This document shows positions 1 through 13,700 of a stretch of DNA of 64,000 bases, in pieces. Under the pieces are notes generated by a model. That model did no database searches. It was not told where the DNA came from and was given only the letters and a program-made list of their open reading frames with translations. Each line of letters starts with the position of its first letter. The stretch's first letter is position 1. The translations under genes and the position numbers were made by a program. Origin of the DNA: Blasia pusilla (Eukaryota); the NCBI GenBank assembly GCA_050084515.1, contig CM114271.1, positions 1,736,001 through 1,800,000 on the forward strand, given 5' to 3'.

Positions 1-500
1 TTCCAGGATCGTTTATCGAACAGAAACTTCAATGGCACAAGGAGTGGAGCGGCAAGGAATATGACCATTACCAGGACAAAGCTCCGAGAGATCAGAGGAG
101 TGACAGGAAAGATGATCCCAGCCAAGCTGGCAACGAACAGAAACAGAGCCAAGGCGACACACACTACGTGCAAGAAAACGAAACCACCGTGCTCTTTAGG
201 GTCATGGTACTCAGGAACAGAGCTCGTGCCATCTGGGGTGACTACAGGCCGGATGAAATACATGACGCATAGGCACACAGCAGAAGGACCGAGGGCAAGA
301 AACAGAAGCAAAGACTCGGGATCGCCTTGCAAGAGAGAGACATAGATAGTCGTGAAAACTGCACCGCTGAGGCCTATGAATCCCTTAATGATTCCCACCA
401 CCGTCCCTCGACTCTTGGGGAAGTTGCGCATGGATGTCACGAGTACTGCAGTGTTGAACCACGTTGAAGTGTTGGCCGCCAGACACAGAAACACACAGAG
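1..500 (-). CDS. Coding exon 2 (runs off the window) of the same Nodulin-like/NFD4-like MFS gene
   Basis: CAG acceptor at 503-501, then in-frame LCVFLCLAANTSTWFNTAVLVTSMRNFPKSRGTVVGIIKGFIGLSGAVFTTIY, typical of this family. Intron is 501-1216. Confidence 0.85.
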
Positions 501-1216
501 CTGTTGCACGAAGAAAGTCAGTGAGATGAACACGATGATTGTTATCCTCTACCATGAAACTCATCTAAAGTACGGAAGGTCCTCAGCGAGCTGCATACAC
601 TCGAAATCCACCTCGGTGAACTAATCAACGCTAAAAGCTGCCCTTCTACGGATCACCCACTCCATGTACACATCAGGCCCGACAAGCAGCGAGGCCCTTG
701 TGGCCACTTGAAGCAATTGATGATATACTCAACTAGTGGGGAATCGCTCAAATCTGTGAAGGAATCGATACAGGCGTCCTCAGGAAGCGGGAGGGCTCAC
801 GCATGCAACCTAGGCCCGTACTGGGGGTGTACCGTGCACATACGACACAGGAATGGAAAGGCTTCCAATTCAAGACAGGAGACCACTCCATATCATTGAA
901 CAACGACTCATATCCCCACGCATAAGGCAGGTCTGATGATTCTTCAAAAGAACTCACTGCAGAAGACACTTCTAAGTTCGGATGCATCACATATTCGCAA
1001 GGACTGAACAGACGTTTTCTGAAGTATCTGCGCAACACGATCATATACCTACGCCGACATCTAAGTGGCCATATCTATCAAAAGACACATAAAGATAGGA
1101 CCTTGGACACAAACCAAAAATCAGGAAGACAATTCTTCACAAAGAAACGGACCTGCCTATCCTCAACCCAGACCCCAAAAATACGTAGCTCATCACAGTT
1201 TTGGAGTGGGCAGTAC

Positions 1217-1543
1217 CAGCCAGTATGGTAATGGAGCAATGCGCTGGGTCAAAACGAGCCACATCGTTCCATAGCCGATGAAACCACTCATAACACCGAT
1301 TGTCAAAATGCCCCACGGAGGTAGAATATTGCAGAGGATTCCAGGGAGCATCCCGACATTATCTCCAAAATCCTTCGCAACTCCCAAATTGTTGAGTTGT
1401 ACTTGATTAATCTGCAATCCGGCTTTCAGAGCCGGTGCGTAGTTTGCAAACACCGTAGCGCTTCCTCCGAAGGCTTGCACCCAGATACCGGACGCCAGCC
1501 CAACCCATTTCGTAACCTGACCCTTCGGACCTGCACCCTCCAT
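1217..1543 (-). CDS. Coding exon 1 of a Nodulin-like / NFD4-like major facilitator superfamily protein
   Basis: ORF MEGAGPKGQVTKWVGLASGIWVQAFGG...LNNLGVAKDFGDNVGMLPG...LPYWL matches the Nodulin-like N-terminal pattern. A GT donor follows ...TGG CTG at 1216. Confidence 0.85.
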
Positions 1544-1552
1544 CGTCTCTGA

Positions 1553-1871
1553 CTGAAAACGGGTTGATTCTCTGAAATGGATAACCCCTCCTCCCTAGAC
1601 TCAATTCATCGTAGCTTTCACGCCCACGATCGCGTTCATAAGCCACGCTTCCCACGCCTGTTGGCGTTCCAACTTGTTCAAATCTCTTCGGTTTTCGCCT
1701 TCAGGGGAGTGCTAGCGCCCCGACAGTTGAACATGGAGCGAGAAACCTCTGCCACGCATTCCGGTAAGAGCATTTGCGTTTGCCTTGCCGAAAATACTCA
1801 ACAACCTCAGCGCTGATTGTCTCGTGATCAACTCAGCATCTTCGAAATTGCGCCTCGACTTCCGAGCTTAC
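1553..1871 (-). other. Putative 5'-UTR intron of the MFS gene
   Basis: GTAAG donor at 1871 and TTTTCAG acceptor ending at 1553, 9 nt before the ATG. A TATA-like TATTTAAA lies on the - strand near 2190-2198. Sequence-only prediction. Confidence 0.4.
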
Positions 1872-2559
1872 TTCTCCTCGGTATCCGATGGAGACCTCCA
1901 CCCTACAACCAAATCCCTTCGCACTTCCCTTCGCGTAGAATGATCCTTCGCGGCGATCAACCACCATAGCCGAATGCTGTCACCGTCAAACAGTAAGTAC
2001 TTCCGGGATGTCCAAAGCCAACTTCGAATGAAAGCACGACTTTGCTGCGGTCGCCGTGTTGCTTTCCGAATTGCTCTTCCGAATCGAACTCCGCTTCACA
2101 CTTGACAGAATCCAGCAACGCGCATCTCTGCAAATATTGGGCGATTGACCAATGAAGGGCAACCGACATCGACAATGTGGACACGGGCGTTTAAATAGAT
2201 CAGGCTCGTACCACAGACTGCGCCTCTCCTCGCGGCTTCTACCACATGATTGATTGTCACCCGAGTTCTTACCAATTGGCCGAGACCTAAATCAGATCAG
2301 CCTTCCGCTTTCTCGGGCTGTCTCTAACCAGCTAAATCGTATTAGCCCTAACTAGTAAGGTGAAATACCAATAGAAAAACATTTCATTTTATGAAAGGAT
2401 TTTTTTACACCACATTACGGGTGAAGTGGTCTAATGGCGAGTGAAATGATCAATTGTGCTTACAGAAAATCTTGTTTGCGAATCAAGAAGGCGCTCTTTA
2501 ATAATAAAATAGATTGTGATATTAATTATATTTTTTTATCTTACTCTTGATAAGCTACA

Positions 2560-5500
2560 TGTAATTGACCATGAGAAAATAATGACGTAGATAATTAAAT
2601 TCTTACATTTTTTAAAGTTTGATCTTTAGACTTATTTATAGTCATGGCAAAAGCAATACGAACAGGAAATTGAAATTTACGTAAATCAAAAGGTAAATTC
2701 GAGTCCGATGCAATCAGTCGGATACGTGGGATAAACATTCGATCTTCAGTGTTCCTCCCAGTTATGATTTCGGCATCAATGACATGTTGCATGAATCCAC
2801 AAATCACCAATCGGGTTCCATTGGCTTGTCCCTTTGAACCGTTCAAGTTTCATACGAGCATGAAAGGTGAACCGATTTTCAAACATAGACGATGTGGTGG
2901 TAAACTAGACGATAAGCACGTATTTAAAAAATCTATGGGATAGAAATGACTCATTCCTTCTTCCGGAATGGAATCAACACTAAGGAAAGTACCTTCCTTC
3001 ATAGAACAAACATAACTTAGAAGATGATTTAAACTTCAAGGCATAATACATTTAAAGAACCCATGAAGAAATTCTTATTTAAAGTATTGGAAAACCAATA
3101 TTATCTCTCCATAAAATGAAGATATAACCTCGAAATTGATGTCATCAATGTCTAGATTTTTTGTGTAATAATTGTTGTATCTATCAAAACGTTAATATCA
3201 CGAAACTTTTCAGAATCATTTCCATAGATGATGTCAATAAGATCACTTGTTTTCTTACTCTTGGTCATCATATCATTTGGTAATTGTATAAAATCATCTC
3301 CCAAGTGAGCTTGCAAAGGTACACGACCCTCTCCCACCTCCAATAACCAATCTGCAAACGCTTGTTGTTGTTGTCACATCTTATTTCGACGTAGGGAGAG
3401 TTCTATCGTGTCGACGGCATAGAGAGTCAACGGACTATTTGGGTGTAACTTCGTCCCGAGATGTCGAATAAGGTTGGCAACAGGTCTATTGTGTCGGGAA
3501 CATTGTTTATGGCCATTTCCCTATTTTTTGTTTTAGTACGTCAAGTGACCCGTTGACCGAGTCAACGATCACTCGGTAACCTGCACACGTAGGTTACCGT
3601 TGGTAGGGATATTTTTGGGGGAAGAGCCTTTTGGCTCTTCCCAAGGGTATAAGAGTGAGGAAGATGGCTTTCCCAAGCCATCTTTCTCATGTTGAGCCTT
3701 AGGAGTGCCTCTTTTGCATAGACGTGTGTGGGTATGTAGGAGTTAGGGTGCTAGCGTCCGGATTCCCTCATAGTAGAGGATGGACGTGGTTCGATATATC
3801 AATGTAGATTCATGAGTGGAGTTTTAGGCCGGTTGAGTCATTTTTACTACTCTTGATTTTCTTGTGGGGTCCCTAGTGTATATGCGTGAGTATGTTTCAT
3901 TTATGTGTAGATCTAATCATATGTTGGGGAAGATCGGTGTTGTGTGGTGTGTAGATATGACCAGCGATGTGGATTGTGTAGCGATGTGTATGCGCACGAT
4001 ATTGTACACGTATGTTCACTTCCAAATTTTGAACCCTCATATTTGTTGTAAGCTTCATCACCCTCACATAAGGTCGTAAAAATGACCTCTTTAATGTAGC
4101 TTGAATAACTGTTGGGCGGTCTCTGTGACAAACAATAGGCAAGACTTGTCGAAAATCCCCACCGAAGATGATTAATTTGCCACCAAAAGGAACATTTCTG
4201 AAGTCTTCGGATACTACTTCCATAATATCTTGGAAGGACCAATTAACAGCCTCGAATAAATGGCGATGGGTCATAGATGCTTCATTTCATGTGATAAACC
4301 AAACCCTTTGAATTAAGTATGTAGCTTCGCTATTAGCTGGTAAACTACAAAAAAACACTCAAAGATATTAGTATAATGAGCAAAATATTTCACTCTTTAA
4401 TGGACTTGCAAAATGATGAATTGAGTAGACACTTCCTTGCAAGTAGAGTTTTCATCTACATTGATTGGAATCTTGAAACGTGAATGCGTTGTACGCCCTC
4501 CATCTAACAGCAAAGCAGCTATCCCTGATAAAGCAACAACTAAAGTTATACCTCTAGCACCTCGTACACTTGCAAGAAGAAGAGAGTATAACAAGGTTTT
4601 CCAATTTTGCCACGCCCGTCAATGAAGAACATTTTGGAATTGTGTGTAGTATCTCTCGCAATGATACTATCGAGATTATCATGTAAGGCATTCCAAATCA
4701 ATCGTTGTTCATCATTCAAACTCTCCTCTCCTAACCTATCTCGTTCATATAATGAATCTTGATCATAAAGAAGCTCTTCTACTTCCAAATGCGAATAGGA
4801 AGATGGAGCATAGAAATCAGCTTGGGGCATATTTGGGAAGTCAGATAGTCTCTTTCCTTGATCTTGAAAATAATAGTGGACTTCCAATAGTGCAGTATTA
4901 ACAATCAAAGCAGTGGGGGCAAGATCACGAATCCCTATTTTCTCTATAGATCCCATGATTCATGAAATAAGTCGATTAATAGAGGAAAGAAATAAGATAT
5001 GTGCAAAAGGAAATAAGAATAGGAATTACCTCATGTTGTTCATATAGGATATCATCTAAAATCGGGATAAGAAATTGACTCCATGGTTCAGAAGGTCGAG
5101 CAGGTATGTTATAGGACAAAATAACGACAAATAGTTGACAAAGCGCACGACTAGTGCGGATTTCATAAGCTTTTTGGAAGCATGAGTACACTTCCCTATC
5201 ATCCTTGAGAAGACCCATCTAAATAGCAGCCTCCTTAAAGGTTGGATATAAAACTCCATCCATATTTCTCAAGTACTCATATGTAGTTGCACCTTGAATC
5301 TGATGAAGTAGCAACCACAACCAATGGTGTTCTCCTTCATCTACACAAACATACATGTAAATATATATAATACATAAAGCATTGCAAATAATTTGGAAAA
5401 TGCATGAAAATGAACTCGAAGAGGGTTTAACATTATGCAAATTGCAAATAGATATACCTAGATGTGTTAGATATAAGCGACTAATCGGATGACCACAACC

Positions 5501-5790
5501 GTTTCTTTTATAAATTCTACGAATCCATTTTTTATTGCTCCAACGATAATAGAATGGAAAATCCATATACAGATATTGTCGAGCTGAGAAATCCAAAAGA
5601 TTAGTTGCAAACCATTGTGTAAGATTTGTTTCCCTATTTCTTTGTAGAATATCCGTGGCAGTATTGTGATCCTTGAAGAAAAGTGTTTGTATATCCGAAA
5701 GATGAACTGCCAATCTTACACTACTTGGATGTTCTGCATGTAAGTTGAACTTGAAAAGTCTCCAACATGCCTGAGAAGAAGAGATATATT
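2560..5790 (-). pseudogene. Helitron Rep C-terminal part plus Pif1-like helicase, fragmented and intron-containing
   Basis: Motifs YISSSQACWRLF, FFIDG..GK, ALSGIAALLLDGGRTTHSRFKIP, PFGGKLIIFGGDFRQVLP, LTTNMRV, FADWLLEVGEG, NGTRL and QFPVRIAFAMTINKS. Many stops and frameshifts. GT-AG intron at 5341-5457. Confidence 0.9.
3372..4001 (+). mobile_element. Solo A-B terminal repeat of the split-repeat retrotransposon group
   Basis: Starts TGTCA and ends GCACGATA (GACA variant). TSD TTGT at 3368-3371 and 4002-4005. About 3372-3860 is homologous to repeat A and about 3861-4001 to repeat B of elements 2/4. It interrupts the helicase frame IRVQ|QQQAFADW. Confidence 0.88.
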
Positions 5791-5835
5791 TATACAAAAT
5801 ACAGAAGAAAAATATGGATAAAGATAGATTAGTAT

Positions 5836-6203
5836 TGTCATGACCATATGGATTATGTCGTAGATTATAGTGTGCTAGTAGAAGTCATACCTTATGTAGG
5901 GTCGTAGTGTCTAGGTAGAAATGCGGTTTCATACATAGGGTTGGGGGTTACTCTGTTGAGGGTGAATTTTCCAGTAGGGCCCGCTCTTAGGTTGGAGGAT
6001 ATAGTGTGGAGTGCACTCAAAGAACAGTTAATTCTTTGAGTTGAGCCTGTTGCATTAGGAATTAGCCTTGGTAGTTAGTAGAGCTCTTGGCTATGGTGGT
6101 TCCCGCAAGCTTCGACCTGGATTCTCCCATCATGGAGTGGGTTTTGCTCGATTATATGTGATTCTATGCGTGTTTTATGACAGTAGGTCTTTCATGGATT
6201 TCA
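5836..6203 (+). repeat. Element 1 repeat A1 (368 bp)
   Basis: Direct repeat of 15156-15523, same length, roughly 6-7% differences by manual count. Confidence 0.92.
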
Positions 6204-7703
6204 CTCAAAGAACTAGAGTAGATCGATGGTAGCTTCGATTGTGGATCAGTAGGATCTGGTTAGGGATGATTGTGTACTCAACCGTGGATGTTCGTGGCTT
6301 GTGGCCTATGTTGGAGTTGGGAATCTGGTGTGTGGTTGATTGGGAAAGAGGCGCCTTGCTGAGAGCTTTCCAACGCGCTTTAGATCGCCAGATTTTGTGA
6401 AGGGAGTTGGAAGTTATCAAGGATTGAAGATTCTGGTTCGTGTTCGACGGTTTTCTGATGTGGAGAGCTTGGAGTGCGGAAGCTCTATTAAAGTTCATCC
6501 AGATTGGGTGAGAGGTTCCTGTTGCTACTTGTATTTTAATCTCATGTGAAGCTATATGCTTGAGTGTGTGGAGCGTTGCGGATTTCTACGCATGCATGAA
6601 TCTGGGCGGAGGCGCTGTCGGATTTGCTGGAGGTGTATGGACAGCAAGTTTGTCTGATTTTTAGCTCAGAGTACACAGCTCAGTTGTAGCTGATTTATGG
6701 TGGAGAGATAGCTATGGTGGTCAATTGAATTATGGTAAAAAAGATTCAATTTTGGTCTAGGATTTGTGGAGTAATTGTTGATCGAAATTTCGCGGACTAG
6801 CTCAAGGTCTGGCTATGGTGGACAGCAGATCAGAGGGGCTGGTTGGTTGGTGACTCGTTCGTTGTTGGAGACGCCTATCCTATTGGGGGCACCCTGGTTG
6901 GGCCTCTCTCCATGGCAAAGCATGGCGAAGCGTGGCGAACGGGGCATGTCTTGGCATTTTGAGGCTTCGAGGCAACTCATGGTAGCTCGGGGCAAGTGGG
7001 CGTGAGAGGCGGAGTAAGGAGCAAGGAGCAAGCAAGCAAGCTTGGGCGTGAGGCAGTTTTTGCACGATTTTTTATTTGAATGTTGCATAACTGGTCATCC
7101 ATCTTTGGGCTATTCTGCTTGGAAGACGCTTAACTGCTGAGTTCTTAACTATGCTAGTGTATACACTAGTGTAGCTCATTTGGTGTTGTTCGGAGATGTG
7201 TTAGACGCTTTATGCATCTGAGGTTTTTGGTTGATGGACCTCTAGCACATAGTACGGTGTAGTCTCTCCATGCAGGTGAGATTTTCAGGTGCTGCGAGTC
7301 CGACTAGCACGTCATCGACCCGCAGCGGAGTAGCTATTGTGTTAGAATTGTGTGGTGGGTTATGTGGATTCAGGGGGCGCCACGTTTGGTGGATTGTGTT
7401 ACCTTGATTTCCATTTGCGATTGGAGGGTTGTCGTTGGACTTCCTATGTTTGGATCCCCTCCATCGTTGCTTCTTGCTTGCACGCCCATTGTTAGGGTTG
7501 ACGCTGATTTCCAAAGTAGTGTTACTCCTGTGTGCTACCGGTAGTGAGGCTGGAGTGATGACCAGTAGACCGTGGGAGGCTGCTTGTGGTGCTGACACGT
7601 TAGGTTGCCTACACCCATAGCTAGTAGAGCTAGAATAGTACAGCGACATCGACGCCACTTGGTTACTTAGTGGTGGTAATTTGGTGGTGGTGCGGCATCA
7701 GCG

Positions 7704-10700
7704 TTGGTCATCACGGAGCTGTCTGGTGGTCTGGTTGGGGAACGTGGTGGTTTCACACGGAGTGGATTGAGGTATCGGCTACCTTTTCCACTTCCGACGA
7801 TTGATGAAGAGGAGGACGAGGTGTTCCAAACACCGAGTCTTCTACGTTGTTATCGAGTGTTGCAGCTCCATTCATTTGGGACATGGACTGGATATATGGG
7901 GCCATGAAGGGCCCACAACGATACTCGAGTGCAGTGGGTACTATTGAGTTGGAGGACTTCATGCAGAAGTTTGATACGTGGTGTGATATGCAGATGCTCC
8001 GTAACGCCACGTTATTTACACCCTCCTTGGCTTGGAAGGGGTTGTTTCAGCACTTGGAGGGACCACTCATGGATGATTACCATGAGTTTAGGAAGGACCA
8101 TGTTGCTGAGATTGAGGCGTGGAGACAATATTGGTCTCCAGACTATGTGTCTATCACCCATGGTGGTATTGGTAGTAGTGCTCCTACTATGCCAGCCAGC
8201 CCGACGTTGAGTGGTACGAGTAAGAGCCGGAGTGGGGGTACCAATGGAGGTACCAATAGGGGTACTAGTGGAGGTACTAGTGCCCCACCATCGTTCAGCC
8301 CGGTTGCAGAGTTCTTCAAGAGGTTGAAGAAGAATTATTAGGGAGTGAAGCGAGAGAAGTTGAGGAGTCTTCAGGAATTTGAGCGAAAGACTGGTGAGAG
8401 TCTTCGTGAGGCATACACTCGTATGCGACGTTTGATTCCAGTTACCTAGGGTGTGACTGAGGCTCAGGAAGTCCAGTTTTGGTATGGGATCTTGGACAGA
8501 GAGTTACGCCGCAGGGTACGTGATGTTACTCTTATGAGTGATGATTCACCCACATTGACCCATGTGCTTGCTCTATCTGAGAAGATTGAGCTTAACATGA
8601 TGAAGGAGAGAGTGGTGACATCCGTATTTAGCAGGGATACAACTACTACTTCTCGTGTTCAGCATCCCACCTTACAATCTCATAGTAGTGGTGGTGGTAG
8701 TAGTAGTGGGAGTCATGGGGGGTACACACGACCTCAGTCAGGTCCTAGAGGGACACTTGCGCAGAGACCATTGCCTTCATTTGCTGCCCCGCAGCAAGGA
8801 CAATCATGTTGGACACGTGGAGGTGATCATGTTAGGAGGTTTTGTCCCCAAGAGGATGGGAGACGGACTTTGGAGGATGGGCCTCAGTCGGCCCCAACTC
8901 AGTGGTATCATTGCGGGAGACCAGGTCATCCTCGAGAGCGTTGCTTTGATCTTCATCCAGAGTTGAGATCAGGCTGCGCCCGCGGTGGAGTAGCTCCGAG
9001 AGGCCGAGGTGGTAGAGGTGGTAGGGGTGGTAGAGGTGGACCAGTGGTTGGAGAGCCTACGGTGGCTACCCCAACCACTACGACAGAGTCAGCTATGGGT
9101 GCCAGGATTGAGCAGTTGGAGCAAAAGTTGGCTACTATGGCTGGTATCCAGCATAGATCAGGTTCGGGAGCAGGGGCTTCCACCTCTTATGGAGGGGATG
9201 ATCTCTCTTATATGGCAAGAGCAGCACAAGTTGAGGCATCAACTGCAATTACGAGAGGAGCCACTCAAGCGTCAAAGCCACGTGGTGCTACCCTAGAGTT
9301 TGACCCACATAGGGGTGAGGCTGGGAGGCAGGCTAGGCTTCCCAAGTCATTCTTGTTGTCTGAGGTGCTTAGGACTCCATCCATGGTTCCTACGCAGCCT
9401 ACTAAGCCGACAGTGGGGACTGAGGCATCTACATCGCGTGTAGTAGACACAGATGCAACATCCAGTGCAGTATTGCGGATGGCAACTTCAGTGTTGGGAT
9501 CCCCATTGTTTTTGGCCACGAAGCTGATGGCTTTAGGAGTTGACTTAGCTCATGTATTTTAGCTAGCAGCCACGTTGTGTGAGCGTGGGGGTGTTACTGC
9601 TACACTTGCTGAGGTGGATGAGGGTGTTGCGGTGGAGCGACCCTCTATGTCAATTGTAGCATTGAGTACCAATGCTACTTGGTAGGCAGCAACGGCGAAG
9701 ATGGATGCATTACCAGCCCGGCCAGCCATTGATCGTGTGAGGCTTACACCTAGTATATGTATGTTGGACAACCGGAGTGGGATATTCCGATTGGTGAGTC
9801 CTACAGGGCAGGTGTATAGACCAAATAGAGTCTTGTTAGACTCTGGTGCCCAACCTTTGATGTTGGGAAAGGCGGCATGGATTGGTTTGGGTATTCAGAG
9901 GTCAGAGCTTGAGCCTTGCCCATTCCAGATTCAAACATCACTTAGAGGATCCAATGATAGGTCTCAATTCATGACACAGGATAAGTTCTCTGTACAGTTG
10001 AGACTAGATCATGCGACAGATAGCTCCCGGTTGGGAGTACCTGCAGTGGTCACATTAGCTGAGTCGTATGATGTACTAGTTGGAGGAGCAGTATTGTACC
10101 CCGATGGGTTTTCACATGGATTACTGGACTGAGACACCGTCTTATAGACCGGGTTGGCAGTCCGGAGATGGACGTATAAGCCAAGATCCTGTGAGATTTA
10201 TTTATGGGGCTCGACCAGGAGGGTCTTCCCCAACGGTGTTAGCATCTGTGGCTGGTTTTAGTGGAGTAGTCACTTGGCCATGAGACTTTTTGGAGGGTAA
10301 TGTTTCTGCTATGGATTCTCCTGTGCATGAGGAGGTAGAGGAGGTCCCTAGTTTTGCAGCAGTGGCATTCTCATCGTTGGATGTGCCACTTTGGAGTTCA
10401 GGCGGTGCACTACGGCAGGAGGCTGATCGCCTAGTGCATAAGGCTTGGTGTGAGGCTCTTATACCTCATGAGGAAGAGGAGGCCCCACGGCAGACTCTTA
10501 CTTCTGGTCCAATTGGGTTATCCCATTTGGATACTAAACCCATTGTATGGCAGTATCCGCCGGAGGGCATTTGTGTGTTAGATCTCTTTGGTGGGATTAG
10601 CACTGGTTTGGCTACAGTGTTGCAGACCGGTATTCCTGTGCGGAGATACGTGTATGTGGAGCAAGATGAGACGGCCTAGAGAGTCTCATCCAGATATATC

Positions 10701-13700
10701 GGTCAGTTGATGCGGAGATATCCTGAGTTGTTACCGCCATCAACTATTCGTGGGTACCAGCGTGCTTTGCCGTCACATATTGCATTGTTGGGGGCGCAAG
10801 ACCTTGAGAGGGTTGGTCCTGTGGATTTGGTGATTTCTGGATGGCCATGTCAGGATCATACACGTGCTGGTCGTGGTGAGGGATTACACGACCCTAGGTC
10901 TCAATTTTTTGGGAGATGTTACGGGTGTTACGACATCTTCCGGTTCATCAGGCACGTGCTCCAACTTACATTCTGGAGAATGTTCCATTGTTGGGTGACA
11001 CTCGGACCCAGATGATGGCGAGTGTTCATGAGGTGTGGTCTTGGATTGGATCAGCGGTGTTGTTGGATGCAACGCAAGTTGGCTCATGTGCACATCGTCC
11101 ACGCTTGTGGTGGACAAACTTGTTGCCTAGGGAGGTTCTACATCGAGCATATGATGCAGTGTAGCGGAATCCTTGCCTTACAGTGGGTAGTATCTTGGAT
11201 AGTGGGCGACTTTCTCAAGTGGTGAGGGTTATTGATCGGTCACCCATGGCAATGGTGAACCGTGTGGGCCAGCCTAGGATGGCACTACCCACATTTGTGA
11301 GTTTTCCCTCGTCACATGGCTATAGGGAAGGTGGTCCCGGGCTTGTATGGGATTCTCATGTGCGACAGTTGGTGGAGCCTAACGCTGATGAGAGAGAGCG
11401 TGCGATGGGATTTTCTACTGGTGTGACAACGGTTGCTTCCATTTCTGAGGCTTCACGACGTCATGTGTTGGGTCAGGTCATGGACCTGAATTGTTTGACT
11501 TGGATTTTGAGTCTTGGTATGGCCGAGCAGCGTCAGCTTCGGACTATGTCTGTGGGTCTTCCACCCCTTGTGATGAGTTCGATGGCTACCGAGACGGTCG
11601 AGGCATCGGTTGGGGGCCAGGAGAGTAGTATTTTGCATCCTTGGAGTAAATGGGATGTAATGGCTGGGCATGTGGAGTTGGTTGCTCATGCTGGTGGAGG
11701 AGTTATTTGCTCAGATAATGGTGTAGCTAAGGGTATACCATCTTGTGAGGGGGTTGCGTTGCAGCCAATGGCATCGTCCTCTCCCTCTAGTGTGTCAATG
11801 GAGGAGACTTGGGAGCCATTACTTGGGCCCAAGCTTACGGGAGGTGAGAAACGACGCTTGACACAGTTCCTACGTGCTTATAGGAGTTGTTTTTCCTTTA
11901 GCATGAAGGAGTTGGATGCTTTGGTTGGACCCAGTATACGGATTGATTTGGCTAGTGATACGCCAATCTTCCGTCGTCCCTACCGATATAGTGATATGGA
12001 GAGGGACCTGATTCAGAGTAGGACGTTGGACCTTTTGGAGGCTGGATTAGTGGAGTTGTCGCATGGAGAGTATGCATCAACGATTGTCATGCCTGCTAAA
12101 AAGGATATGCATGGCAACTACACGGATAGGCGGATGTGTGGAGATTATAGTCCTACCAATCGGCAAACCAAGGCCAATAGGTATGCCATGCCTACACCTG
12201 TGGTGGGACAGGCAAAGATTTTCAGTATTTTGGATCTTCGGCCAGGATACCATCAATTACCGATTCGGGAGAGTGACAAGGCCAAGACAATATTTTGAGG
12301 TGTCAACTCTCATGGCAAGGATTTTTTGTACCAATGGAAATTCTTACCCTTTGAGTTGAAGAATGCACCTGCCGAGTTTCAGAGAGTGATGGACAGGACC
12401 CTAGCAGGGTTGGATTTTGTTCGGTGTTACATTGATGATATCTTGGTGTTCAGTAATACGGTGGAGGAGCATCAGATACATTTGCGGATTGTGTTTGAGC
12501 GGTTGAAAGCTCATGGTCTACGTTTGCATCCAGGACAGTGTAAGTTCTTTCATGAGGATGTTGAGTACTTGGGTCATGTGATCTATCCATGTGGTTTGGG
12601 AGTTCAGCAAGCAAAGGTGGAGGCTATTGCACTTATTTCGTGTCCGGTAGATGTGAGTAGAGTTCGGGCATTCATGAGATTGGTGAACTACTATCGGAGG
12701 TATGTGAAGGGATTTAGTGCTATAGCAAAACCTTTGAACCAATTGCTGAAATCAGATCAAGAGTGGCACTAGGGAGATGATCAGGAGAGAGCTTTTGTGG
12801 AGCTCAAGGCCTAGTTGGTGGCGACGCCTATCTTGAGGAGACCTATAAGAGGGCGCCCATTTTAGTTACACACTGATTGGAGTAGGCTGGGACTTGGAGC
12901 GGTGTTGACACAACATGATGATGAGCATATGGAGTGTGTGGTGGCCTATGCAAGTCGTTCGAATAATGCAACGGAGTCGCGCTATACTTCATATGAGGGA
13001 GAGTGCTTGGCAGTAGTGTGGACTGTGGCACACTTTAGGTGTTACTTGTTTGGCACATAGTTTACCCTTGTTATTGATCACCATCCGCTCAAGTGGTTGA
13101 TGGAGTCTGACAAGCTTACAGGGAAGCTTGCACGGTGGGCTCTTATCTTACATGAGTATGACTTCCAGGTGGTACATAGACCTGGAGTTGCCAACCTTGA
13201 TGCTGATGGGTTGAGTAGGAACCCATGTACTAGCCAAGAGGATGCAATTGGGGCTATATGGCATGGCGAGGTTGATGAGGAGATGGTGCCAAGTTGGCAT
13301 GCATCCGCCTTTTTATGTTGGTTAGGGATGGACTCTAGTATGGAGGACCACATGACTTCTTACTCTAGTTAGAGGGTAGATGGCCAGCCTTCACATCCTA
13401 AGGTTGGAGATGGTGGTACGGATCAGCATGATATTCATGATGATGCGTTGGTGTTGGAGTTCCTACAAACCAGTAGGGTGCCAGGCATAGTGAGTGCCAA
13501 GGAGCGAGACCGTGTTCTTCAACGTGCTAAGAGGTATCGATTGGAGGAAACACATATTCTCCGTGTGTGGGAGGATAGTAGAGGACAAGTAGTGCCGCAT
13601 TTGGCTCAGAATGAGCGTATTGTGCGACATGCCCATGAGGAGTTGGGACATTTTGGGGTAAAGCGTACATATAGCTTACTCCTTGGTCAGTATTGGTGGC

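Noticed and set aside
61-1274. Plus-strand ORFs over the MFS gene, and the many antisense ORFs over the retroelements
   Set aside because: They are shadows of real coding frames, or intronic; no recognisable motifs.
10290-11600. Host DNMT3/DRM gene or bacterial restriction-modification MTase
   Set aside because: It is intronless, in frame within pol, and at the same position in every copy. No PWWP/UBA domains or restriction enzyme are adjacent.
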